The notes below the pieces were generated by a model. The model was not told the DNA's origin. It did not search any database and worked only from the letters and a program-made list of their open reading frames with translations. This document shows positions 1 through 8,767 of a stretch of 64,000 nt of DNA, in pieces. The translations under genes and the position numbers were made by a program. Each line of letters opens with the position of its first letter. The first letter of the stretch is position 1. Source of the DNA: Alphaproteobacteria bacterium (GTDB lineage Bacteria > Pseudomonadota > Alphaproteobacteria > GCA-2731375); assembly GCA_965225945.1 (NCBI GenBank), contig CBDDBZ010000022.1, positions 42,627 through 106,626 of the forward strand, in the 5' to 3' direction.

Positions 1-146
1 TCATGGCGATCCCGCAACGCCACGCGCTCGTCCTCGGCCATCCTGCGATGCGGGAACCCGAGGAACTGTTCGCAGCGGCAACGCACTTGCCAATATTCAA
101 CGGGTTCATGGCAATTCGAGCATACATCCATCGCAGCGGCCGCCAT
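1..146 (-). CDS. 5' part of a hypothetical protein with an N-terminal Zn-ribbon; runs off the window edge
   Basis: Manual translation: MAAAAMDVCSNCHEPVEYWQVRCRCEQFLGFPHRRMAEDERVALRDRH..., with CxxC...CxC and no stop before base 1. Confidence 0.4.
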   Translation of the reverse strand, partial: MAAAAMDVCSNCHEPVEYWQVRCRCEQFLGFPHRRMAEDERVALRDRH

Positions 147-344
147 ATCGTCAACGAAATCGTGCGATGTCAATCTAGCAGTGCAATCACCCACCTAACA
201 ATACGCAAGCATGGCAACCGTATTTGCGCCCAATTTCATTAGAGCACTTTCCGACCAGGTTGAATCGTTTGATGGGCCAAATCGGCCCCTGGGGCAGGCG
301 CGCCGCGCCGCGCGATGTGGTTCATCGGGCAAGCGGCGCAACGC

Positions 345-509
345 ACCCCAGGGGCCGAGCGATGCGCCCATGCCGACGAGGCCGCCTTCCGCCTCGACAA
401 GGAGCAATACGGCATCGGACTTCACCTTGGTGCCGATATCGGTGCGATGGCGCCGCTCCGGGGGAACGGGATCGGACATGGGGATGGCGCGTACCGCCGA
501 AATTTTCAT
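345..509 (-). pseudogene. Truncated N-terminus of a mandelate racemase/muconate lactonizing (enolase superfamily) enzyme
   Basis: MKISAVRAIPMSDPVPPERRHRTDIGTKVKSDAVLLLVEAEGGLVGMG is a typical MR/MLE capping-domain start with an RBS (GGGAG); resemblance stops after about 52 codons. Confidence 0.6.
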
Positions 510-1439
510 CGCTCAGCTCCCTTGCTCGAGGCGTCGCGGCCCACGGCGGCCTTGGTCCGGGCCGGCCCGGGCGTCACGCCGTCATCGAGCGCGCCAGGCG
601 CGCCGACAAGGCCTGGGCCCACGTCCTGCACGGCTCGAACGGCTACCTGATGCTCGTGCGTTTGCTCCAGGGTCTCGGCTTCGGAATCATGCTCAGTTAC
701 GTCGGTTTCTTGGTCTCGTGAGCTCGCGGCGATGGCTCGAGGACCGGAATCAAGCCGCCAGCGTGTCAATCGACGCCGAATTTTGCCCCCTATCGGCGTG
801 CAAAATCGAGCCCCCTTCCCTGCGCTCGCTCGGAGGTTGTCCATAGGGGGACCCGCGCACGCCGTCTAGTGCCCACCGACACGGAGCGGCGCGCGCTGGG
901 GGCGGTGGTTCAGATAGCGGCGGAAGCGCTGATCGACGGCGGCCAGACGGTGACCTTCAGCTTCGACGTGATGGGCCGTCGTCTCTCCAAGACCGTGGAC
1001 GGCGTCGCGAGCCTCAGAGAGTGGCGCCCACCTCGATGGTCGCCAGCATCCTGGCGAGGCAGTCGACCATCTCGTCGAGCGCATCGTCGTGATCGAAGTC
1101 GGTGATCCGCGGCCGCCGCGTGCCGCCTTCGCTGCTCACGTCACGGCACAGCTTGCCACTGTCCCAATCGGCAAACACCGCATACTCCATCTTGCCGAGG
1201 CGGAAGCCGTACGCGTGATCGTTGTCATGCACCTTGATCTGCGGCGTCTCCCGCAGGATCTCCGAGATTCCCGCGGCATCGACCTTCTTGCGGAACGCGG
1301 CAAGATTCTGCCTGCCGAGGTCGAAGGTGGCGCTGCGCATATTTTCCTCGAACTCGGCCATCTCCGCCGCGATCTCCGCGGCGCGTCGCTTGATTGCCTC
1401 GGTGCGGTCATTCATCAGCCCCTCCCCCCCGTCCATCGA

Positions 1440-1905
1440 CTCGGCCTGGCGGGCCTCTTCGCCCTTGCGAGCCTCTCCGGCCTTACGTGGCTTCTCGGCC
1501 TTGCGGGCCTCCTCGGCGAGGCGCTTCTCTTCGGCGAGCCGGGCCTCCGCGGCCTTGCGCGCTTCCTCGGCCTCGCGGGCCTCCTCGGCGAGGCGCTTCT
1601 ATTCGGCGAGCCGGGCCTCCTCGGCCTCGCGCGCTTCCTCGGCGAGGCGCTTCTCTTCGGCGAGCCGGGCCTCCGCGGCCTTGCGCGCTTCCTCGGCCTC
1701 GCGGGCCTCCTCGGCGAGGCGCTTCTCTTCGGCGAGCCGGACCTCCTCGGCATTGCGGGCTTCCTCGCCCTTGCGAGCCTCTCTGGCCTTACGTGCCTTC
1801 TCGGCCTTGCGGGCCTCCTCGGCGAGGCGCTTCTCTTCGGCGAGCCGGGCCTCCGCGGCCTTGCGCGCTTCCTCGGCCTCGCGACGTTCCTCGGCGAGCT
1901 GTGCC
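1440..1905 (-). repeat. Coding tandem repeats (AEEARKAAEARLAEEKRL-type)
   Basis: Recurring units such as ctcggcgaggcgcttctcttcggcgagccgggcctc and gccttgcgcgcttcctcggc. Confidence 0.9.
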
Positions 1906-2287
1906 TCCGGTTGCTGCCGAGCCGTGGCGGCGGCCCTTTATCTTTGAACCATCGCCGAAATGTTCTGTGATCGCGATCTGAGCTTCGTCGTCCACCATCG
2001 CGAAATAGGCCGCCACTTCCTGGCTTTCCTTATCGATTCGGACAATGATGGCCCGGCTGTCGAATATGATCGGCCCGGTCGGGAAACTCGCCGAAAACGT
2101 GATATCGACGCGGTCGGTTATGTCGCAGTCGATGACACAGGGTTTCAACATGAACGCACGGGAGGACCAATCGTTCAAGTTAAAGGCCTGCCCGTTGATT
2201 TCAACCATCCCGTGATCGACCTGCTCGCGCGGCTCTTGACGATCGACCTTCAGGCTCCTTTTTAAGCCCTTCATGCGCTTAAATGAT

Positions 2288-3312
2288 GGCTCAATTCGTG
2301 AATTGTATGCATTAGTGATAGAGTGCCTGGAACGTCAGGAGGTTGGGTTATGGACGGCAAGGGTTTCCAGGTGTGGCTTTCGGCGGCGCGCGGGCTGACG
2401 CGCGCGCAGCGGCGCGAGGCGCTCGCGGTGCTGTCGGGCCGGAGCGAGGGCGAGGCATCGAAGGCCGCGATCGAGCTTGGTGTGGACGAGGCCCGGCGCT
2501 GTCCGCACTGCGCGAGCGAAGGGGCGGTTTCGCGCGGTATGGCGCGGGGTCTGCGGCGCTACCAGTGCAAGGGCTGCGGCAGGACCTTCAACGCGCTGAG
2601 CGGTACGCCGCTGTCGGGCTTGCACCACAAGGAACGCTGGCTGTCGTTCGGGGCGTCGCTGGCGAAGGGGGAGACGGTGAAGGCCTCGGCGGCGCGCTGC
2701 GACGTGGCGGTGAGCACGGCGTTCCGCTGGCGTCACCGGTTTCTGGCGGCGGCGCGGAGCGATTCGGAGGTGCTCAAGGGGATCGTGGAAGCGGACGAGA
2801 CCTACGTCCTGGAGAGCCGGAAGGGCGCGCGCGGGCTGGGGCGCAAGGCACGGCGGCGGGGCGGCAAGGCGAAGAAGCGCGGCCTCTCGCGCGAGCAGGT
2901 ACCGGTTCTCATGGCGGCGGACCGGAGCGGAACGACGGTCAGCGCGGTGCTGCCCAGGGTCGATGCGGCGGCGCTCACGGCTGCCCTCGACCCGGTGGTC
3001 GCGAAGGACGCCCTGCTGGTCTCCGACGGCGGCGCGAGCTACCCACCGTGCGCCGCCGCGCTCGGGGTGAGCCACGAAGCACTCAACCGCTCGATGGGGG
3101 AACGGGTTCGGGGCGATCTGCATGTGCAGACGGTGAACAGCCGCCACAGCCGGTTGAAGGACTTCCTGCGTCCCCGCCGCGGCATCGCCACCCGCTATCT
3201 GGACAACTACCTGAGCTGGTTCCACCTCGTCGGCCTCGCCCCCGGCGCCAATGACCGAGCCTGCCTCGCCGCCGCCGTAACAAGGTGACGCATACAATTC
3301 ACGAATTGAGCC
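2288..3312 (+). mobile_element. IS1595-family insertion sequence (1025 bp)
   Basis: Perfect 23-bp IRs ggctcaattcgtgaattgtatgc (2288-2310 and 3290-3312); 8-bp TSD taaatgat (2280-2287 and 3313-3320). Confidence 0.95.
2350..3288 (+). CDS. IS1595-family transposase
   Basis: Zn-ribbon CPHC...CKGC, HTH (VSTAFRWRHRF), catalytic motifs VEADETY / LVSDG / HVQTVNS, and GIATRYLDNYLSW. Confidence 0.92.
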   Translation: MDGKGFQVWLSAARGLTRAQRREALAVLSGRSEGEASKAAIELGVDEARRCPHCASEGAVSRGMARGLRRYQCKGCGRTFNALSGTPLSGLHHKERWLSFGASLAKGETVKASAARCDVAVSTAFRWRHRFLAAARSDSEVLKGIVEADETYVLESRKGARGLGRKARRRGGKAKKRGLSREQVPVLMAADRSGTTVSAVLPRVDAAALTAALDPVVAKDALLVSDGGASYPPCAAALGVSHEALNRSMGERVRGDLHVQTVNSRHSRLKDFLRPRRGIATRYLDNYLSWFHLVGLAPGANDRACLAAAVTR

Positions 3313-3759
3313 TAAATGATAATAGCATCGTCCTCCCCCCTGCAGCTCCAGAAGGCGATCGCCCGGGGTCGCGCGAGGCGGATGCCCGGCAACTCCGGAG
3401 AGGCCCCGGGTGGACGCTGGCGCCCGCCCGCGTCGCGCACTCGCTGCGCGGCGGCCCTTCCCCGCCACCGGCGGGATCGCATTCCCCCCTGGGCCCGCAC
3501 GCCGGCTGGCTTGTCATCGCGCGCCTGCCGGGGCCTTTGGGGTGGGTGGGTTACCTGGGATTCCCCCAGATAGCTCCCCACGGTTGCCGACGATGGTAGC
3601 ATAAAGGACGTCGCAACCACAATTGCCGTTGTGAGCCGGGTGATGCGCGTCCGTCTCGGCGGATCGGCGACCCTCACGGAGCCGTTCCCCGAGAGACCAA
3701 AAGGACATGCCTCGCCGCACTCACCGGCCCAGAAGCGCACGACTTGGCGCTCGACTACG

Positions 3760-3900
3760 GGCAAAAGCAAGATCACCGGAATGGCGGGCGCGCGCCCTGG
3801 CGGGCCTTGGCGATGCTGAATACTTCAAAGGTCGCAGGCTCGAGGCTGACGGGTTCTTCAACCGCTGCATCGACCTCTGCCGCGAGCACGGCGACGCGGC
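3760..3900 (+). pseudogene. Short TPR-like remnant resembling TPR regions of alphaproteobacterial adenylate/guanylate cyclase-TPR proteins
   Basis: ARSPEWRARALAGLGDAEYFKGRRLEADGFFNRCIDLCREHG in an otherwise uninformative ORF; no clear start or stop context. Confidence 0.35.
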
Positions 3901-5528
3901 GCCGTTCGCCGAGACCCCGAGCGCGCGGTCGAGCGCGGCGCGTGAGGCGTTGTCCGCTACGGAGCGGGACAACGTTGGCGTCGCGAGCCTCGGAGAGTGC
4001 CGCCACCTCGATGGTCGCCAGCATCCTGGCGAGGCACTCGACCATCTCGTCGAGCGCGTCGTCGTGATCAAAGTCGGTGATCCGCGGCCGCCGCGTGCCG
4101 CCTTCGCTGCTCACGTCACGGCACAGCTTGCCACTGTCCCAATCGGTAAACACCGCATACTCCATCTTGCCAAGGCGGAAACCGTATGCGTGATCGTGAT
4201 CATGCACCTCGATCTGCGGCGTCTCCCGCAGGATCTCGGAGATTCCCGCGGCATCGACCTTTTTGCGGAACGCGCCAAGATTTCGCATACCGAGGTCGAA
4301 GATGGCGGTGCGCATAGTTTCCTCGAACTCGGCCATCTCCGCCGCGATCTCGGCAGCGCGTCGTTTGATCGCCTCGGTGCGGTCATTGATCGGTTCCCCA
4401 CCGACGTCGATCGGGTCGGCCTCGCGCGCTTCCTCGGCCCTGCGCTTCTCTCCAGCGAGGCGCGCTACCTCGGCCTCGCGTGCCTTCTCGGCCTTGCGCT
4501 TCTGTTCGGCGAGCCGGACCTCCTCGGTCTTGCGCTTCTGTTCGGCGAGCCGAACCTTCTCGGTCTTGCGCTTCTGTTCGGCGAGGCGCGCTTCTCGACC
4601 TTGCGCTTCTGTTCGGCGAGGCGCGCTTCCTCGGCCTTGCGCTTCGCTTCAGCGAGGCGCGCTTCCTCGACCTTGCGCTTCTGTTCGGCGAGGCGCGCTT
4701 CCTCGGCCTTGCGCTTCGCTTCAGCGAGGCGCGCTTCCTCGGCCCTGCGCTTCTCTCCAGCGAGGCGCGCTACCTCGGCCTCGCGTGCCTTCTCGGCCTT
4801 GCGCTTCTGTTCGGCGAGCCGGACCTCCTCGGTCTTGCGCTTCTGTTCGGCGAGAGCTTTACGCAGGAAAATGGGTGCACACTACATATAGTGGGTCTGG
4901 GTGCCGAACCTTCTCGGTCTTGCGCTTCTGTTCGGCGAGGCGCGCTTCCTCGACCTTGCGCTTCTGTTCGGCGAGGCGCGCTTCCTCGGCCTTGCGCTTC
5001 GCTTCAGCGAGGCGCGCTTCCTCGGCCCTGCGCTTCATCTTCTTCGGCGAGGCGCGCTTCCTCGACCTTGCGCTTCTGTTCGGCGAGGCGCGCTTCCTCG
5101 ACCTTGCGCTTCTCTTCGGCGAGCCGGGCCACCTCGGCCTCGCGGGCTTCCTCTACGAGCCGTGCCCTCGCGGCGATCCTTTGCTTTGAATCATCGCCGA
5201 AATGCTCTGTGATCGCGATCTCGGCCTCGTCGTCCAGCATCGCGAAATTGGCCGCCAGTTCCTGGTTTTTCTTATCGATTCGGACAACGATGCCCTGGCA
5301 GTCGAATTTGATCGGCCCACTCGGGAGGTGCGCCGAAAACTTGATATCGACGCGGTCGTTTATCTCGCAGTCGATGACACAGGGTTTCGCCATGAACGCG
5401 CGGGCGGACCAATCGGTCACGTAAAAGGCCTGGCCATTGATTTCAACTATGCCGTTCCAGATTTCCTCGCGTTCCTCTCGGCGCTTGGCAAAGCGCTTCT
5501 TGCGCTTAAAGGATTTCAGCATCGTCAT
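3773..5528 (-). pseudogene. PilZ / 12-aa charged repeat / unknown C-terminal domain protein, copy 2; frameshifted in the repeat tract
   Basis: MTMLKSFKRKKRFAKRREER...VEINGQAFYVTDWSARAF...VVRIDKKNQELAANF (PilZ), RKVEEARLAEQK repeats, C-terminal domain nearly identical to copy 1 ending ...EARDANVVPLR. Indels near 5035 (+4), 4854-4902 (+49) and 4594 (-1). Confidence 0.75.
4415..5160 (-). repeat. 36-bp coding tandem repeat array with a higher-order duplication of about 300 bp
   Basis: Unit cttgcgcttctgttcggcgaggcgcgcttcctcgac; the block starting near 4430 recurs starting near 4738. Confidence 0.9.
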
Positions 5529-6042
5529 CTCTTGCTCCAGCTCCAGAAGGCGGATCGCCGACACAATTCCGGCACCCTGTGGTCCCTCCCAGCCGCTCGC
5601 GAGCCGATGGCCCGAAAGAGGCATTACTCGTGCCCAACAGGATTCTTCAACCCCGTCGTTCGGAGATATTTAACATGGACCGGTCTGCCCTACATCACCC
5701 GTTTGAGCATAAAGTTGGATAAGTGATAAATTTGACATTCCCATGCTTCGAGGGACTAGAGGGACTTCAGGGGCTCTCCCGTGACATCATGCGCCTCGGC
5801 TTCCGCCGTGTGTGGCGGCCCGTCTCGCAGGGATGGCGTCGTCTTGGAGCGTGGGGGGATGTCCCTTGCGTCCTTTATGACACAGCTGCATCTGCACGGC
5901 TTTACTGTAACTACCTCATGTCCCGCTCCGGTTTGGCTTCACGCAGGAACGATTGAATCGCTTGGCCGCAACTGATGGTGTGGGATTCCCATGGGGGTGT
6001 TTAGTCTATATGTTGAGGGGTTGATTGACGAAGACGCAATAA

Positions 6043-7382
6043 GCTTGTGTAGCGTGAGGTCTGGAAATTTGGCTTCGCCCCGCGCCGGGGTATACCCCGG
6101 CGCGGGGCGATCCGTCATTTTGGTTATCCATGAAAGCGTCCAAACAAACATGGAGAACCAGTATGCGGAAAGACCAGGATAGCGCTGTCGAGGCTTTGGT
6201 GGAACAATTGATCGAAGGCGGTAGCGAGAACATGGCGACGGTCTTCGCCGGCCTTTTCAATCTCGCCATGCGGATCGAGCGGGAGAGGTTCTTGGGCGCC
6301 GGCCACTATGAGCGCACGCCCGAGCGGCGGGGATACGCCAACGGCACCAGACCCAAGAAGATCGACACCCCGGCCGGTACGGTGAGGCTCGAGGTTCCCA
6401 AGACCGCCGGTCATGAGGCGCCTTTTTACCCCCAAGCCCTGGAGCGCGGACGGCGCTCCTGCCGCGCTGTCATGCTGGCCGTGGCGGAGATGTATATCAA
6501 AGGCGTCTCCACCCGTGACGCCGAGGCGGTGATGCGCGAGTTCGGCCTGGAGAGCCTGTCGTCGAGCCAGGTCAGCCGCGCCGCCAAGCTCTTGGATGGG
6601 GAGCTGGATGCCTGGCGCAACCGGCCGCTGGGCGAGATCCGCTACCTGCTCCTCGACGCGCGCTATGAGAAAGTCCGAGAGGGTGGCGTGGTGCGCGACG
6701 CCGCCGTGCTCTCGGTGATCGGCATCGGCCCCGACCAGCGCCGCCGGGTGCTCGGTGTTTCCTGTGCGCTCTCCGAGGCCGAAGTGCACTGGCGCGCCTT
6801 CCTGGAGACCCTGGTTGCCGGTGGCATGCGCGGTGTCGCCTATATCGTTTCCGATGATCATCCAGGCCTCGGCGCCGCGCGCAAGGCCGTCCTCGGCGGC
6901 GCCGTCTGGCAGCGCTGTCAGTACCATCTGGCTCAAAACGCCATCCATCACGCCCCCAACCTCGCCATCCGAAAGGCCATCGGCAAGGAGCTGCGCCGGG
7001 TCTGGAACGCCGCCGACGGCAAGGCCGCCGAGGCCGAGCTGGGCCATCTGGTGGCGGCCTACCGCGACAGCGCCCCCAAGCTCGCCGATTGGCTGGAGAC
7101 GGCGATCCCCGAGGGCCTCGCCGTCTTCGCCCTGCCCGAGCGCCACCAAAAGCGCATGCGAACCTCGAACCCCATGGAGCGATCCATCCAGCAGGAGATC
7201 AAGCGCCGCACCGTAAAGGTCAGGGTCTTTCCCAACGAGGCCTCGCTCGAACGTCTGGTCACCGCCATCCTCGTCGAAATCGACGAGAAATGGGAAACCA
7301 CCGAAAAACCCTACATCACTTGGAAAGCAGAGGATGACTGATCAACGGCGTTCCGAATTTCCACACATCAGGTTGCTCAATC
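6043..7382 (+). mobile_element. IS256-family insertion sequence (1340 bp)
   Basis: 8-bp TSD cgcaataa (6035-6042 and 7383-7390); imperfect IRs gcttgtgtagcgtgaggtctggaaatt vs gattgagcaacctgatgtgtggaaatt (20/27). Confidence 0.92.
6163..7341 (+). CDS. IS256-family (Mutator-like) transposase
   Basis: GYANG, EMYIKGVSTR, LLDARYEKVR, VSDDHPGL, WQRCQYH, RTSNPMER, VRVFPNEASL motifs. Confidence 0.95.
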   Translation: MRKDQDSAVEALVEQLIEGGSENMATVFAGLFNLAMRIERERFLGAGHYERTPERRGYANGTRPKKIDTPAGTVRLEVPKTAGHEAPFYPQALERGRRSCRAVMLAVAEMYIKGVSTRDAEAVMREFGLESLSSSQVSRAAKLLDGELDAWRNRPLGEIRYLLLDARYEKVREGGVVRDAAVLSVIGIGPDQRRRVLGVSCALSEAEVHWRAFLETLVAGGMRGVAYIVSDDHPGLGAARKAVLGGAVWQRCQYHLAQNAIHHAPNLAIRKAIGKELRRVWNAADGKAAEAELGHLVAAYRDSAPKLADWLETAIPEGLAVFALPERHQKRMRTSNPMERSIQQEIKRRTVKVRVFPNEASLERLVTAILVEIDEKWETTEKPYITWKAEDD

Positions 7383-7870
7383 CGCAATAACTAGACGTAT
7401 TGAAGCCGTTCGTGGTCAGTTTGATGAGCTTGTGTGGAAGCTGGAACTGCAGAAAGTCACCGCTGCACAGATGGCCAGCCTGAACATCCAAGGACGTGAT
7501 TTCCAGCCAGAATGGATTTACACCATCTCACCGAGAAACCAACACTGAAGCAGTCGTTCTTGCGCAGCTCCTTAATACAGGGAGGCCCTGAATGTTCCTG
7601 TTTTATTCGCACGATGGAGTTAGGCTTGGCGCATATGGGCTGGAGCTTGTGGAGGGCTGTGCGAGGCGCGGGAGGTTGGCGTTTCAAGGACACTACGGAT
7701 CGGAGGCGGGCAGCATCGAGGCGCTGGTCCGGCCGCGCTGGCCGCAAGGCCATGTCCGCACCCGCTTGCGCAAATGGTTCCTGGCGCCATGGTGGATGGC
7801 GCGCGACGAGATCGCGTGGCTGATGGCCCACAATTCGCACCAAGCGTGACGCTGGCGCGTCGCGCGGCAC

Positions 7871-8415
7871 CTAGAACGGAATTTCGTCGTCCAGATCGCC
7901 GCCGCTCGGGCCAGCGCCGCCGAAGTCGCCGCCGCCACCACCGGGCGGCCGCCGCCGCCCCGGTCGTCTTGGCCGCCGCCGCCCCGGTCGTCTTGGCCGC
8001 CGCCGCCCCGGTCGTCTTGGCCGCCGCCGCCATAGTCGTCTTGGCCGCCCTCGCCGCCACCGGCCCGGCTGTCGAGCATCGTCAGCTCGCCCCGGTAGCG
8101 CTGCAGGACGATCTCCGTGGTGTAGCGGTCCTGGCCCGATTGGTCGGTCCACTTGCGGCTCTGGAGCGCGCCCTCGATATAGATCTTGGAGCCCTTGCGC
8201 AGATATTGTTGCGCAATGCGGCCGAGATTCTCGTTGAAGACCACGACGCGATGCCACTCCGTCTTCTCGCGCCGCTCGCCGGTCTGCTTATCCTTCCAGC
8301 TCTCCGACGTCGCCATGCTCAGATGGACGATCGGATCGCCGTTCTGGGTGTGCCGGACCTCGGGATCGCGCCCGAGATTGCCCACCAAAATGACCTTGTT
8401 GACGCTGCCCGCCAT
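7871..8415 (-). CDS. ssb: Single-stranded DNA-binding protein; 1-nt frameshift near 7945, probably a sequencing error
   Basis: [19 protein letters not shown]...TEWHRVV...[11 protein letters not shown]; the acidic tip DLDDEIPF* is in the adjacent frame; divergent from uvrA. Confidence 0.95.
7950..8046 (-). repeat. Four 24-bp repeats encoding GGGGQDD(R/Y) in the SSB linker
   Basis: gccgccgccgccccggtcgtcttg three times plus one variant. Confidence 0.9.
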
Positions 8416-8767
8416 GCTTCCCCCCCCCCCCCCGGGTTTTCGGCCTCGAATCGGCCGCCCCACCCGGCCGATTCGCCTCGCCCGACTATAGGCGCTCCGA
8501 AGCCCTTCCCGCTAGCGCAATATCGGCACGAATCGAACCGGTGCGGTGCCATCCGTTTGGATGAAATTGCTCTATTTCCCAAGAGGGTAGAGCAGCTTTA
8601 GCCGCCAATTGGATCGCCGGAAGCAATTTCCTGTTGGACGGATGCTGCTCTCGCCGGCAATACCTGCTATTCAAGGGTCGGACGCGCAAGCATCGGGGCG
8701 GCGCGCTCGATCGCTATCCACACGAGTTGCCCGTCGTCGGCGACGGCCCCATGGTGACACGGTAAGC

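Larger units (their letters stand above)
1014..3328 (-). pseudogene. PilZ / E-K-R-A repeat / unknown C-terminal domain protein, copy 1; disrupted by IS1595 and frameshifts
   Basis: Removing the IS and one TSD restores GGGGGAGG-acg-ATG MLLSFKRMKGLKR...RQEPR...NDWSSRAF (PilZ RxxxR and DxS motifs). +1 frameshift near 1940, AEEARK/RLAEEKR repeats in frame with the MNDRTEAIKRR... domain, second frameshift near 1025. Paralogous to 3773-5528. Confidence 0.75.
5991..7548 (+). pseudogene. 69-aa hypothetical protein interrupted by IS256
   Basis: Removing the IS and one TSD gives an open frame: MGVFSLYVEGLIDEDAITRRIEAVRGQFDELVWKLELQKVTAAQMASLNIQGRDFQPEWIYTISPRNQH*. Confidence 0.5.

Noticed and set aside
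3590-3720. Possible riboswitch or ncRNA between the PilZ paralogues
   Set aside because: No known aptamer consensus (c-di-GMP, glycine, cobalamin) could be matched by eye
1440-5160. 36-bp periodic repeats as a possible CRISPR array
   Set aside because: Units abut without unique spacers, encode an in-frame E/K/R/A peptide, and no cas genes are present; the single 49-bp insert is not a spacer series
7592-7849. 85-aa and overlapping 103-aa ORFs downstream of IS256
   Set aside because: No recognisable motif or convincing RBS; cannot choose a frame
8525-8552. LexA box between ssb and uvrA
   Set aside because: The best match, gaac-cggtgcg-gtgc, deviates from GAAC-N7-GAAC; expected by context but not supportable
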